This document shows positions 1-7,253 of a DNA stretch of 64,000 nucleotides, one piece after another; within the stretch, counting starts at the first letter, position 1; the number at the start of each line of letters is the position of its first letter. Location: the IMG/VR virus record IMGVR_UViG_3300029951_000024. One strand, given 5' to 3'. The notes below the pieces were generated by a model. That model was given only the letters and a program-made list of their open reading frames with translations, was not told where the DNA came from and made no database searches. The translations under genes were made by a program, and so were the position numbers. This DNA comes from an uncultured virus (IMG/VR IMGVR_UViG_3300029951_000024). Its lineage: Duplodnaviria; Heunggongvirae; Uroviricota; Caudoviricetes.

Positions 1-286
1 GGGCGGGTTTTAAATACCTGCAACATGATGACTTGCTTTTGAGAAGCGAGCGCATGCCTTTACGGCACTTATAAAAGGTTCATACGTCTTTGCCCGCGCA
101 GCCGTCCGCCGTCATGAACGAGCGGCCGCACTGACGGGCTGGGCATCCCGTTCCTGGCTCGCGCGCGATTGAGCTGACACGTCGTTGATGGTCGGCCACG
201 CGGCGAGCTGGGGGCGCCGATCTATCGGGAGCGTCCAAACCCGTGAGCACACGGCGGGCGAAAGCCTGGGCGCCACCCGACCCATT

Positions 287-362
287 TGGCCTGTAGCTCA
301 GTCGGTAGAGCACACGGCTGTTAACCGTGCGGTCCTTGGTTCGACTCCAAGCGGGCCAGCCA
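287..362 (+). tRNA. tRNA-Asn(GTT)
   Basis: Cloverleaf: acceptor TGGCCTG/CGGGCCA, D arm GCTC..GAGC, anticodon stem CACGG/CCGTG with loop CT-GTT-AA, T arm CTTGG-TTCGACT-CCAAG, encoded CCA. Confidence 0.95.
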
Positions 363-370
363 ATTTCTCA

Positions 371-435
371 CGCGCGCGCAGACGCCTCTGGGCCAGCGGC
401 CCGGTTGCGTGGTTCGACTCCACGGTGCGCGACCT
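371..435 (+). pseudogene. D-armless tRNA-like element
   Basis: Acceptor CGCGCGC/GTGCGCG, perfect T arm CGTGG-TTCGACT-CCACG, stem CTGGG/CCCGG around CCAGCGG; only about 10 nt where the D arm should be; ends ACCT, not CCA. Confidence 0.6.
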
Positions 436-442
436 CTTTGAC

Positions 443-526
443 GGAGTGCTAGACCGCTATGGAGACGGGGCGGGTTGTAACCCCGTCGCCTCGGCCCGCA
501 AGGTTCGATTCCTTGGCGCTCCACCA
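443..526 (+). tRNA. tRNA-Tyr(GTA)
   Basis: Acceptor GGAGTGC/GCGCTCC, anticodon stem GCGGG/CCCGT with loop TT-GTA-AC, long variable arm, T arm CAAGG-TTCGATT-CCTTG, ACCA end. Confidence 0.9.
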
Positions 527-603
527 GCCCAGCTGACGGAATTGGCATACGTACCGCGCTCAGAACGCGGGTTCTCTGGGTTCGAGTCCCAGGTTGGGCA
601 CCA
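527..603 (+). tRNA. tRNA-Leu(CAG) with short variable loop
   Basis: Acceptor GCCCAGC/GTTGGGC, anticodon stem CCGCG/CGCGG with loop CT-CAG-AA, 5-nt variable loop, T arm CTGGG-TTCGAGT-CCCAG, ACCA end; directly abuts tRNA-Tyr. Confidence 0.88.
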
Positions 604-612
604 ATTCAAAAA

Positions 613-626
613 GCGCAAATTTGCGC
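613..626. repeat. dispersed palindrome copy 1 (GCGCAAATTTGCGC)
   Basis: Perfect 14-bp palindrome, intergenic in the tRNA cluster. Confidence 0.9.
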
Positions 627-667
627 CTCGGTTATTCGCCGGATCGAACTGTACGGCGGGTAAGGTC

Positions 668-736
668 CCGGGTGTAGCTCAGCCAGGTAGAGCAGCCGGA
701 TACGGCAGGTCGTCGGTTCAAATCCCTCTGCCCGGG
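668..736 (+). pseudogene. tRNA-like element lacking an anticodon loop
   Basis: Acceptor CCGGGTG/TGCCCGG, canonical D arm TAGCTCAGCCAGGTAGAGCA, anticodon arm reduced to GCCG-GATA-CGGC, GGTTCAAATCC T loop with mismatched stem, no CCA. Confidence 0.65.
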
Positions 737-744
737 ATCGTCTT

Positions 745-891
745 ATGCTGGACATCAAATTCAAAGAGCCGCGACAAGCGCGCGGCTTTCGCACCGTTGA
801 GCACGCCCGGTCGGAAAGCGCGATCCGCGAGGACCTGCGACGGCAGCTGGCAGAAATGCTCAAGCGCGCCGCTGATCGGCGCCGCGAGTAA
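745..891 (+). CDS. small hypothetical protein (48 aa, MLDIKFKEPRQ...)
   Basis: ORF read manually between the tRNA cluster and the next gene; weak RBS. Confidence 0.35.
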   Translation: MLDIKFKEPRQARGFRTVEHARSESAIREDLRRQLAEMLKRAADRRRE

Positions 892-972
892 CTGACGCCC
901 CGTCAGAACGCGATGATTCCCGGCATCTGCTGATGCCCACCTGTAAAATCGGGTGAGGTCACAGGAGGTGCT

Positions 973-1701
973 ATGAGTAATGTAATGGATCCGGACCGCA
1001 TCTATCTTGACAGCGAAGAGTGCTGCAAGGCGGTTCGGCGCGAGACTGGCCATGTCGCGATGCTGGCCTTCAGCCGCGGCAAGGATGCAATCGCCACGTG
1101 GCTTCAGCTGCGGCGATTCTTCGATGAGGTCCGGCCCATCTGGTTCTATCTGGTGCCGGGCCTGGAGTTTGAGGAAGAGTCGGTCGATTATTTCGAACGG
1201 GTCTTTCAAACAAAGATCCGCAAGCTGCCGCACCCCAGCGTCAACCGGCTGCTGAATTCCCTGGTATTCCAGCCGCCGGGCAACTGCGCGGTGATTGAAG
1301 CGGCACAGCTGCCGGAATTCACGTACGCGGAGGCCTTCGCCGAGTACGCCGAGGATCTGGGGCTGCCCGAGGATCTGCCCTACGCCACTGGCGTTAGGGC
1401 GACTGACTCGCCCATGCGGCGCATCAGCTACATGAAGCACGGGCTGTGGAGACGCGGCAAGCACATGTGGCTGCCGATCGGCGATTGGAACAAAGCCCGC
1501 ACGCTCCAAGCGATCAAGGATGCGGGCATCGAGCTGCCGGTCGACTATCAGTGGTTCAAGCGATCCTTCGATGGCATCGACTACCGCTTCATAGCGCCGC
1601 TGCGTCAGCACGCACCGCGAGACTTTCAGCGGGTGCTTGAGTTCTTCCCGTTGATCGAGGCGGATCTATTCCGCTACGAGAAGATGGGGTTCAAGCCATG
1701 A
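973..1701 (+). CDS. PP-loop (adenine nucleotide alpha-hydrolase / PAPS-reductase-like) protein
   Basis: LAFSRGKDA PP-loop, GVRATDSPMRR and PIGDW motifs typical of the PAPS-reductase-like family; AGGAGG RBS. Confidence 0.8.
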   Translation: MSNVMDPDRIYLDSEECCKAVRRETGHVAMLAFSRGKDAIATWLQLRRFFDEVRPIWFYLVPGLEFEEESVDYFERVFQTKIRKLPHPSVNRLLNSLVFQPPGNCAVIEAAQLPEFTYAEAFAEYAEDLGLPEDLPYATGVRATDSPMRRISYMKHGLWRRGKHMWLPIGDWNKARTLQAIKDAGIELPVDYQWFKRSFDGIDYRFIAPLRQHAPRDFQRVLEFFPLIEADLFRYEKMGFKP

Positions 1702-2069
1702 GCAGCATGAAGATTGGCGGCGGGATGCGCCTGGGCAGCATCGGTGGTATCGGCGGCATCAGCATGAAGCTGGCCAAGCCGCCTGAGAAGGTGAAAGACC
1801 CCCTGGCCGATGTGCCAGTCACCGGCGATGACGAGACAGACGCCCGCGCCGAGCTGGATGCGACAGCGATCGCATTCCGCGAGCGACGGGCTCGAGAAGA
1901 GAAACGATTCGATCGCGCGACAGACACTGAGTTCTGGTTCGCCGCGGTATTTCACACGCGCGAGCAGAAGGAAGCATTCCTAACCGCGCTGGCGCTGCTG
2001 GCAGATGGCGACAAGTATGTCGATGGTCTCAAGCTGGCAGCGAAACTAGGCATCACACTACCGGAGTAA
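1698..2069 (+). CDS. hypothetical protein, Gly-rich N-terminus and acidic core
   Basis: ATGA overlap with upstream gene; DTEFWFAAVFHTREQKEAFL...DKYVDG. Confidence 0.75.
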   Translation: MSSMKIGGGMRLGSIGGIGGISMKLAKPPEKVKDPLADVPVTGDDETDARAELDATAIAFRERRAREEKRFDRATDTEFWFAAVFHTREQKEAFLTALALLADGDKYVDGLKLAAKLGITLPE

Positions 2070-2075
2070 GTGCAC

Positions 2076-2198
2076 ATGGCGAGCAGGGCAAAGGCCAAGG
2101 CGAAGGGCCGCGGCGGCGTACGAAAGGCGGCCAAGAAGGCCATCAGCGGCCGCAAGGCTGCCAGCAAGGGACGCGGCCGGGGATCGGGTTCGCCGTAA
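2076..2198 (+). CDS. 40-aa Lys/Arg/Gly/Ala-rich basic peptide
   Basis: MASRAKAKAKGRGGVRKAAKKAISGRKAASKGRGRGSGSP; GGAG RBS at 2063; below the ORF-track cutoff. Confidence 0.7.
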   Translation: MASRAKAKAKGRGGVRKAAKKAISGRKAASKGRGRGSGSP

Positions 2199-2225
2199 CT
2201 CGACGCTGACATCGCAGGTGCACGC

Positions 2226-2245
2226 CCTGCGCCAATTGGCGCAGG
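2226..2245. repeat. dispersed palindrome copy 2 (CCTGCGCCAATTGGCGCAGG)
   Basis: Perfect 20-bp palindrome upstream of terS. Confidence 0.9.
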
Positions 2246-2255
2246 TGCTCATGAG

Positions 2256-2279
2256 AGCCGCCGTTTTGGCGGCTTTTTT
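2256..2279 (+). terminator. Rho-independent terminator
   Basis: AGCCGCC-GTTTT-GGCGGCT followed by a T run. Confidence 0.7.
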
Positions 2280-2299
2280 GTGCCTGCTGGTTTTTATCC

Positions 2300-2767
2300 A
2301 TGGACGAGAACAACGAAAATCCGCCGGCTCCAAAGCCGAAGCGGACACGGCCCCCGAAGTTTGAGCCGACTACCGAGCAACGCGAGCAGGTGCAGATGAT
2401 GGCCGCTTGCGGCATCAAGCACGAGAACGTTGCGAAGATCATCGGCTGTTCCTACTCGACGCTGCGCAAGCACTTCAAGTCGGAGCTGGCCCTGGGCCTG
2501 GACACGGCCAACGCGAGCATCGGTTCGGTGCTCTACCAGAACGCGGCCAACGGCCAGCCCTGGGCCGTGTGCTTCTGGTTGAAGACGCGCGGCGGCTGGC
2601 GCGAGACCAATCGCACCGAGCTGACGGGTGCCGACGGCCAGGCGCTGCCGGCAGCCACGCCGGTGTTTGCCGTGACATTCGCCGAAGAGACCGACACGGG
2701 CGGCCACGATGTCGGCGATGTAGAGACCTCGCCGCGGGTCACGAAGGCTGACGGCGATGGCGGCTGA
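2300..2767 (+). CDS. terS: terminase small subunit
   Basis: HTH-like IAKIIGCSYSTLRKHF, FWLKTRGGWRE and ELTGADG motifs; immediately upstream of terL. Confidence 0.85.
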   Translation: MDENNENPPAPKPKRTRPPKFEPTTEQREQVQMMAACGIKHENVAKIIGCSYSTLRKHFKSELALGLDTANASIGSVLYQNAANGQPWAVCFWLKTRGGWRETNRTELTGADGQALPAATPVFAVTFAEETDTGGHDVGDVETSPRVTKADGDGG

Positions 2768-4067
2768 GGTACGACCGGAGCTGCTACCCCCGAAGCTGCG
2801 GTCACTGTTCTTTCGGCGCGACTCGAAGGGTCGCACGGTCTACGCACGCAGCCGCTACAAGATCGCCCACGGCGGTCGATCGAGCGGCAAGTCAACGGGC
2901 TATGCCCGCATGGCGATAACGCTGGCGGACCAGATGCCGCTGCGCTTCATGTGTTTGCGTGAGGTGCAGAAGTCAATCAGCGCGTCGGTTCACCGGCTGC
3001 TGGGTGACACGATCGATCAGATGGGACTGCGGCACCGCTTCGAGGTGCACAACGAATCCATCCGCAGCGCCGCCGGCGCCGAGTTCATGTTCCACGGCAT
3101 CAAGACGGATCCTGACAAGATCAAGTCGGCCGAGGGCATCGACATATGCTTCATTGAAGAAGCGCACAAGATCACCGAGCAGAGCTGGAGGACGCTGCTG
3201 CCCACGATCCGCGGCAAGGAGGGGCGACCCTTCGGCACGCGGCCCGAGATCTGGATGTGCTTCAACCCCGGCCTGCAGGATGACGAGACCTACAAGCGAT
3301 TCGTCATCAAGATGCCGCCGGATGCACGCCGGGTGCAGATGAATTGGGACTCGAACCCCTGGTTCCCCGAGTCCGCGGAGCTGGAGCGCCGCTACGCGCT
3401 CGAGCTGATCGCCAACGCCAAGGACGATGACGAGCGGCTGCAGTACCAGGCCGACTATGACCACGTGTGGTCAGGCTGCACGCTCAACCGCACCGACGCT
3501 GCGATCTTCCGCCGGCGCGTGGTGGTCGAAGAGTTTGACGATCCGCCGGCCGACCGGCGCATCTTCCTGGGCGGCGACTGGGGCTTCGCTAACGACCCCA
3601 CGGCGCTCATCAAGTTCTGGATGAACGAGGCCGAGGACGAGCTGTTCATCGGCTACGAATTGTTCTCGTATCGCACGGAACTGGACCTGTTGCCCGAGCA
3701 GTGGGACCGCCACATCCCGGACGCGCGCAAGTGGCCCATCAAGGGCGACTGTTCGCAGCCGATGATTATCAGCTACCTGGCCCGGCAGGGATTCAACATC
3801 ACGGCGGCCGAGAAATGGGCCGGCTCCGTCGAGGACGGCATTGAGCACCTGAAGGCGTTCAAGAAGATCCACATTCACGAACGTTGCACGAAGATGCAAG
3901 AGGAAGCGCGGTTGTACCAGTACAAGATTGACCGCATGACCTCGCAGGTTCTGCCGATCGTTCTCGACGCCTACAACCACGGATGGGACGCAATCCGTTA
4001 TGGCCTGGATGGCTACATCCAGCACCGCGACGGTAGCTCGATCTGGACAAAGCTGGCGGGGCACTGA
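2757..4067 (+). CDS. terL: terminase large subunit, PBSX family
   Basis: Walker A GGRSSGKS, CLREVQKSI, Walker B CFIEEA, FNP, nuclease GGDWGFANDP and NHGWDAIRY. Confidence 0.95.
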   Translation: MAAEVRPELLPPKLRSLFFRRDSKGRTVYARSRYKIAHGGRSSGKSTGYARMAITLADQMPLRFMCLREVQKSISASVHRLLGDTIDQMGLRHRFEVHNESIRSAAGAEFMFHGIKTDPDKIKSAEGIDICFIEEAHKITEQSWRTLLPTIRGKEGRPFGTRPEIWMCFNPGLQDDETYKRFVIKMPPDARRVQMNWDSNPWFPESAELERRYALELIANAKDDDERLQYQADYDHVWSGCTLNRTDAAIFRRRVVVEEFDDPPADRRIFLGGDWGFANDPTALIKFWMNEAEDELFIGYELFSYRTELDLLPEQWDRHIPDARKWPIKGDCSQPMIISYLARQGFNITAAEKWAGSVEDGIEHLKAFKKIHIHERCTKMQEEARLYQYKIDRMTSQVLPIVLDAYNHGWDAIRYGLDGYIQHRDGSSIWTKLAGH

Positions 4068-4068
4068 A

Positions 4069-5574
4069 ATGGATTGGAGACGCCCCCACCTCACGCCGAA
4101 GGTAGCCGACTTTCGCACTCTGGACACGTTCCAGAATTTCCTCACGGGCATCGGGCTCGGCGCCGGCAACGCCTCAACCGGCGGCCGCTACGGCTACAAC
4201 CCCATCAGCAGCATCCCGCTGCAGCTGGAGTGGGCGTACCGCGGATCCTGGGTCATCGGCAAGGTGGTCGACTGCCACGCCGAGGACATGACGCGCGAAG
4301 GCGTGACCATCCAGACGGACGATCCGCCTGAGATGATTACGGAGCTTGAGACCTACATCGACCAGATGCAGATTTGGCCGACGATGTGCTTCGGCGAGAT
4401 CCTGGGCCGGCTGTACGGTGGCGCGATCGGCTACCTCATGATCGACGGCCAGGATCCGGAGACCCCGCTCAACGTCGACACGGTCCGCAAGGATCAGTTC
4501 AAGGGCATCTTCACGATGGACCGCTGGCAGGTCCAGCCGTCCATGGACGATCTGGTCGGCGACAAGGGCGCACGCGAGTGGGGCCCGAAGGTCGGCCTGC
4601 CGCGCTGGTATGACTACATGGCCACCTACGGGTCCGGCATGGGGTCGATGCGGATGCACCACAGCCGGGTCATCCGGTTCATGGGCATCAAGCTCCCGTG
4701 GCGTCAGGCGATTAGCCAGATGTACTGGGGCCAGTCGGTTGTCGAACGCATGTGGGATCGCCTGCTGGCATTCGACTCGGCCACGCTCGGTGCTGCGCAG
4801 ATGGCATACAAGTGCTACCTGCGCACGCTGAAGGTCGACAACCTGCGCTCGATGATCGCCAACAATCAGGTGGCGCTCAAAGGCGTGACGGGTCAGGTCG
4901 AGTTCATGCGGCAGATGCAGTCCAACGAAGGCATCACGCTGCTGGACAAGACCGACGAGTTCGACGTTCAGACGTACAACTTCGCCGGCCTCGACTCAAT
5001 CCTTGAGTCGCTGGCCGACCAGGTCGCCGGCGCCGCTGACACGCCGATGGAGCGCATGTTCGGTCGCTCCCCTGGCGGGCTCAACGCCTCGGGCGACTCG
5101 GGTTTTCGTAACTACTACGACAACCTCAAGGGCAAGCAGAAGACGAAGTTCTCCCCGGCGGTCGGCGTCATCTATCCGCTGGCCTACGCCTCGAAGTTCG
5201 GTAAGGCGCCCCCCAAATTCTTCCAGACTCCGTTCAAGCCGCTGTGGCAGATGAGCAAGGTGGAAGAGGCCGACGTGACGGACAAGACCGTCGGCTCGGT
5301 GCTTGAGGCCTACGAGGGCGGCCTGATCTCACGCTCGGGCGCCATGAAGGAACTGCGGCAGCTGGCCACGATCACGGGTGCCTTCAGCAACATCACGGAC
5401 GAAGACATCGACCACGCTGAAGAGCAGGACAAGGACGCGCGTGAGAACCCACCCAACCCAGCAGACCTCGGCATCGGCCCAGACGGTCGCCCGCTCGCCC
5501 CGAAGCCGGGAGCGCCGGCAGCTGGCGGACCTGCAGCACAGGCTCGTAGCGGCGGAGCACGCGCGGGACAGTAA
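4069..5574 (+). CDS. portal protein (DUF1073 family)
   Basis: Follows terL; VDCHAEDMTREG, RLYGG, HHSRVIRF, WGQSV, FGRSPGGLNASGDS..NYYD, FKPLWQMS motifs. Confidence 0.9.
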   Translation: MDWRRPHLTPKVADFRTLDTFQNFLTGIGLGAGNASTGGRYGYNPISSIPLQLEWAYRGSWVIGKVVDCHAEDMTREGVTIQTDDPPEMITELETYIDQMQIWPTMCFGEILGRLYGGAIGYLMIDGQDPETPLNVDTVRKDQFKGIFTMDRWQVQPSMDDLVGDKGAREWGPKVGLPRWYDYMATYGSGMGSMRMHHSRVIRFMGIKLPWRQAISQMYWGQSVVERMWDRLLAFDSATLGAAQMAYKCYLRTLKVDNLRSMIANNQVALKGVTGQVEFMRQMQSNEGITLLDKTDEFDVQTYNFAGLDSILESLADQVAGAADTPMERMFGRSPGGLNASGDSGFRNYYDNLKGKQKTKFSPAVGVIYPLAYASKFGKAPPKFFQTPFKPLWQMSKVEEADVTDKTVGSVLEAYEGGLISRSGAMKELRQLATITGAFSNITDEDIDHAEEQDKDARENPPNPADLGIGPDGRPLAPKPGAPAAGGPAAQARSGGARAGQ

Positions 5575-6388
5575 CGCCCGGCAGCTGCGCTTCGAGCGCG
5601 CCGCCCACGTCATCAACGCGGGCCAGCTGGCCACGCAGGACGATGACAAGCGGGGTCGGTACCGCAGGGGCCGGGTCCGAACGGGCCGCGCTGAGCGCGA
5701 CTACGAGACGGCGCTGCGCAAGATCGGGCAGCACGTCGGCGACCTGATAGGAGGCTTCGGCCTTCCGGATCCGGCGACGCTGCCCACGCTCCAGGAGCTG
5801 CTGCGGGCCTACGCGATATCGCTCACGCCCTGGGCTGAACGGATCGCCGGCCGAATGCTCGGCGAGGTTCGCGATCGCAGCCTGGAGTCGCTACGGGCTC
5901 ACAGCCGTGAGATTGGTCTCGGCGTCCGGGACCTGATCGCATCGCCCATCGGCGACGTGATGCGCGAACGCCTGGCCGACCAGGTGGAACTGATCCGTTC
6001 CCTTCCCATCGAGGCAGGCGAGCGGGTCCAGGCGCTCACGCTCGAAGGCTTGGCGAGCTCCACCAGGGCACGGGCGATCGCGCAGGAAATCGCCCGCTCC
6101 GGTGAGGTCACCGAGAACCGGGCCACGCTGATCGCGCGCACTGAGGTGTCGCGCACGGCAACGCTGTTCGTGCAGGCCCGCGCTCAGTTCGCGGGCAGCA
6201 CGCACTACATCTGGCACTGCGTGCATGACCACGATGTGCGATCCGGACACAAGGCCATGGATGGCGCGGTCTGCGAATGGGCCGTTCCGCCGGCAGTGAT
6301 GGAGAACGGCCGGACCATGTACTTCCACGCCGGCTGCATCTGGAATTGCCGGTGCTGGTGTGAACCTATTTTTTCAAAGCGACGTTGA
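5441..6388 (+). CDS. minor head / head morphogenesis protein (Mu gpF, SPP1 gp7 family)
   Basis: RATLIARTEVSR, YIW..VR..H..MDG and HAGCIWNCRC motifs; start uncertain (GTG 5441 with AAGGA RBS, overlapping the portal end). Confidence 0.85.
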   Translation: MRTHPTQQTSASAQTVARSPRSRERRQLADLQHRLVAAEHARDSNARQLRFERAAHVINAGQLATQDDDKRGRYRRGRVRTGRAERDYETALRKIGQHVGDLIGGFGLPDPATLPTLQELLRAYAISLTPWAERIAGRMLGEVRDRSLESLRAHSREIGLGVRDLIASPIGDVMRERLADQVELIRSLPIEAGERVQALTLEGLASSTRARAIAQEIARSGEVTENRATLIARTEVSRTATLFVQARAQFAGSTHYIWHCVHDHDVRSGHKAMDGAVCEWAVPPAVMENGRTMYFHAGCIWNCRCWCEPIFSKRR

Positions 6389-6389
6389 T

Positions 6390-6578
6390 ATGACCACTGA
6401 AGCTGCGAGTTCTCCCCCGACGGGGGACGTTCCCGCGCTCATGGCATCCCTCGCTTTGAGCGTGGCCAACCGTAGGTGGAAAGTCGCCTACCGTTGCGCA
6501 GACAAACTTTTTCAGTTGCTCGACGTTGAGGCGCGATACGAAAAGATCGTCGCCCTACGTCGCACGCAAGCCACCTGA
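6390..6578 (+). CDS. hypothetical protein
   Basis: Short ORF filling the gap after the gpF-like gene. Confidence 0.4.
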   Translation: MTTEAASSPPTGDVPALMASLALSVANRRWKVAYRCADKLFQLLDVEARYEKIVALRRTQAT

Positions 6579-6605
6579 CACTTCGTTAATTGATGACCTT
6601 CCCAC

Positions 6606-6627
6606 GGCCGCCTCGAGCGGCTTTTTT
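6606..6627 (+). terminator. Rho-independent terminator
   Basis: GGCCGC-CTCGA-GCGGCT plus T run. Confidence 0.6.
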
Positions 6628-6646
6628 CATTCTAGGAGATCGAAAA

Positions 6647-7243
6647 ATGCGCTCGCTGCGTTCCACCCTGTCCCGTCTTCTGTTCGCTGCCGTCCTGGCA
6701 GTGACGCTGTCCGTCGTGCTCGTGCCCCAGAAGGCCGAGGCCGGCGCCATGAGCAACTACCTGCAGAACAAGTTCGTTGATGCGCTGCTGCGCGGTCAGT
6801 CCTACACCTTCCCGACCACGGTGTATGTGGGCCTGGCTACCGGCACCAGCACGGCTGCGAGCTGCGGCTCGGAAGTCTCGGGCGGTTCCTACGCTCGCGT
6901 CTCCATTCCTTCGTCCCTGGCCAACTGGGCCGGCACGCAGGGCGCGGGTACGACCGTCGTGTCTTCGGGCACCAGCGGCCAGACCAGCAATAACGCCATC
7001 ATCACTTTCCCGGCGCCGACCGCGTCCTGGGGCGTGGTCACCGGCTTCTGCATCTTCGATGCATCCAGTGGCGGCAACCTGCTGATCTACGCGGCCCTCA
7101 CGACCAACAAGACCGTGAACGGTGGCGACTCGGCTCCCTCGTTCGGTATCGCTGCGCTGACCTACACCATCAGCCAGCTGTACGACCTCCCGGGCTTCGA
7201 CGCGCTCGCCGCGAACGAAGACAAGTTCCGCCGCGCCGCCTAA
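6647..7243 (+). CDS. virion fibre subunit ('bead') with predicted Sec signal peptide and ssrA-like C-terminus
   Basis: AGGAG RBS; 32-aa n/h/c leader ending PQKAEA; mature part MSNYLQNK..EVSGGSYARV..ITFPAPTASWG..DASSGGNLL is a familiar phage fibre/decoration domain; ends AANEDKFRRAA. Confidence 0.8.
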   Translation: MRSLRSTLSRLLFAAVLAVTLSVVLVPQKAEAGAMSNYLQNKFVDALLRGQSYTFPTTVYVGLATGTSTAASCGSEVSGGSYARVSIPSSLANWAGTQGAGTTVVSSGTSGQTSNNAIITFPAPTASWGVVTGFCIFDASSGGNLLIYAALTTNKTVNGGDSAPSFGIAALTYTISQLYDLPGFDALAANEDKFRRAA

Positions 7244-7253
7244 GCGACGAAAC

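Noticed and set aside
185..895. 236-aa ORF across the tRNA cluster
   Set aside because: Overlaps three clear tRNAs and has no recognisable motifs; shadow ORF
4069..5574. Anti-CBASS Acb1 label sometimes attached to DUF1073 proteins
   Set aside because: Position and motifs indicate a portal; no HxT/HxS phosphoesterase domain seen
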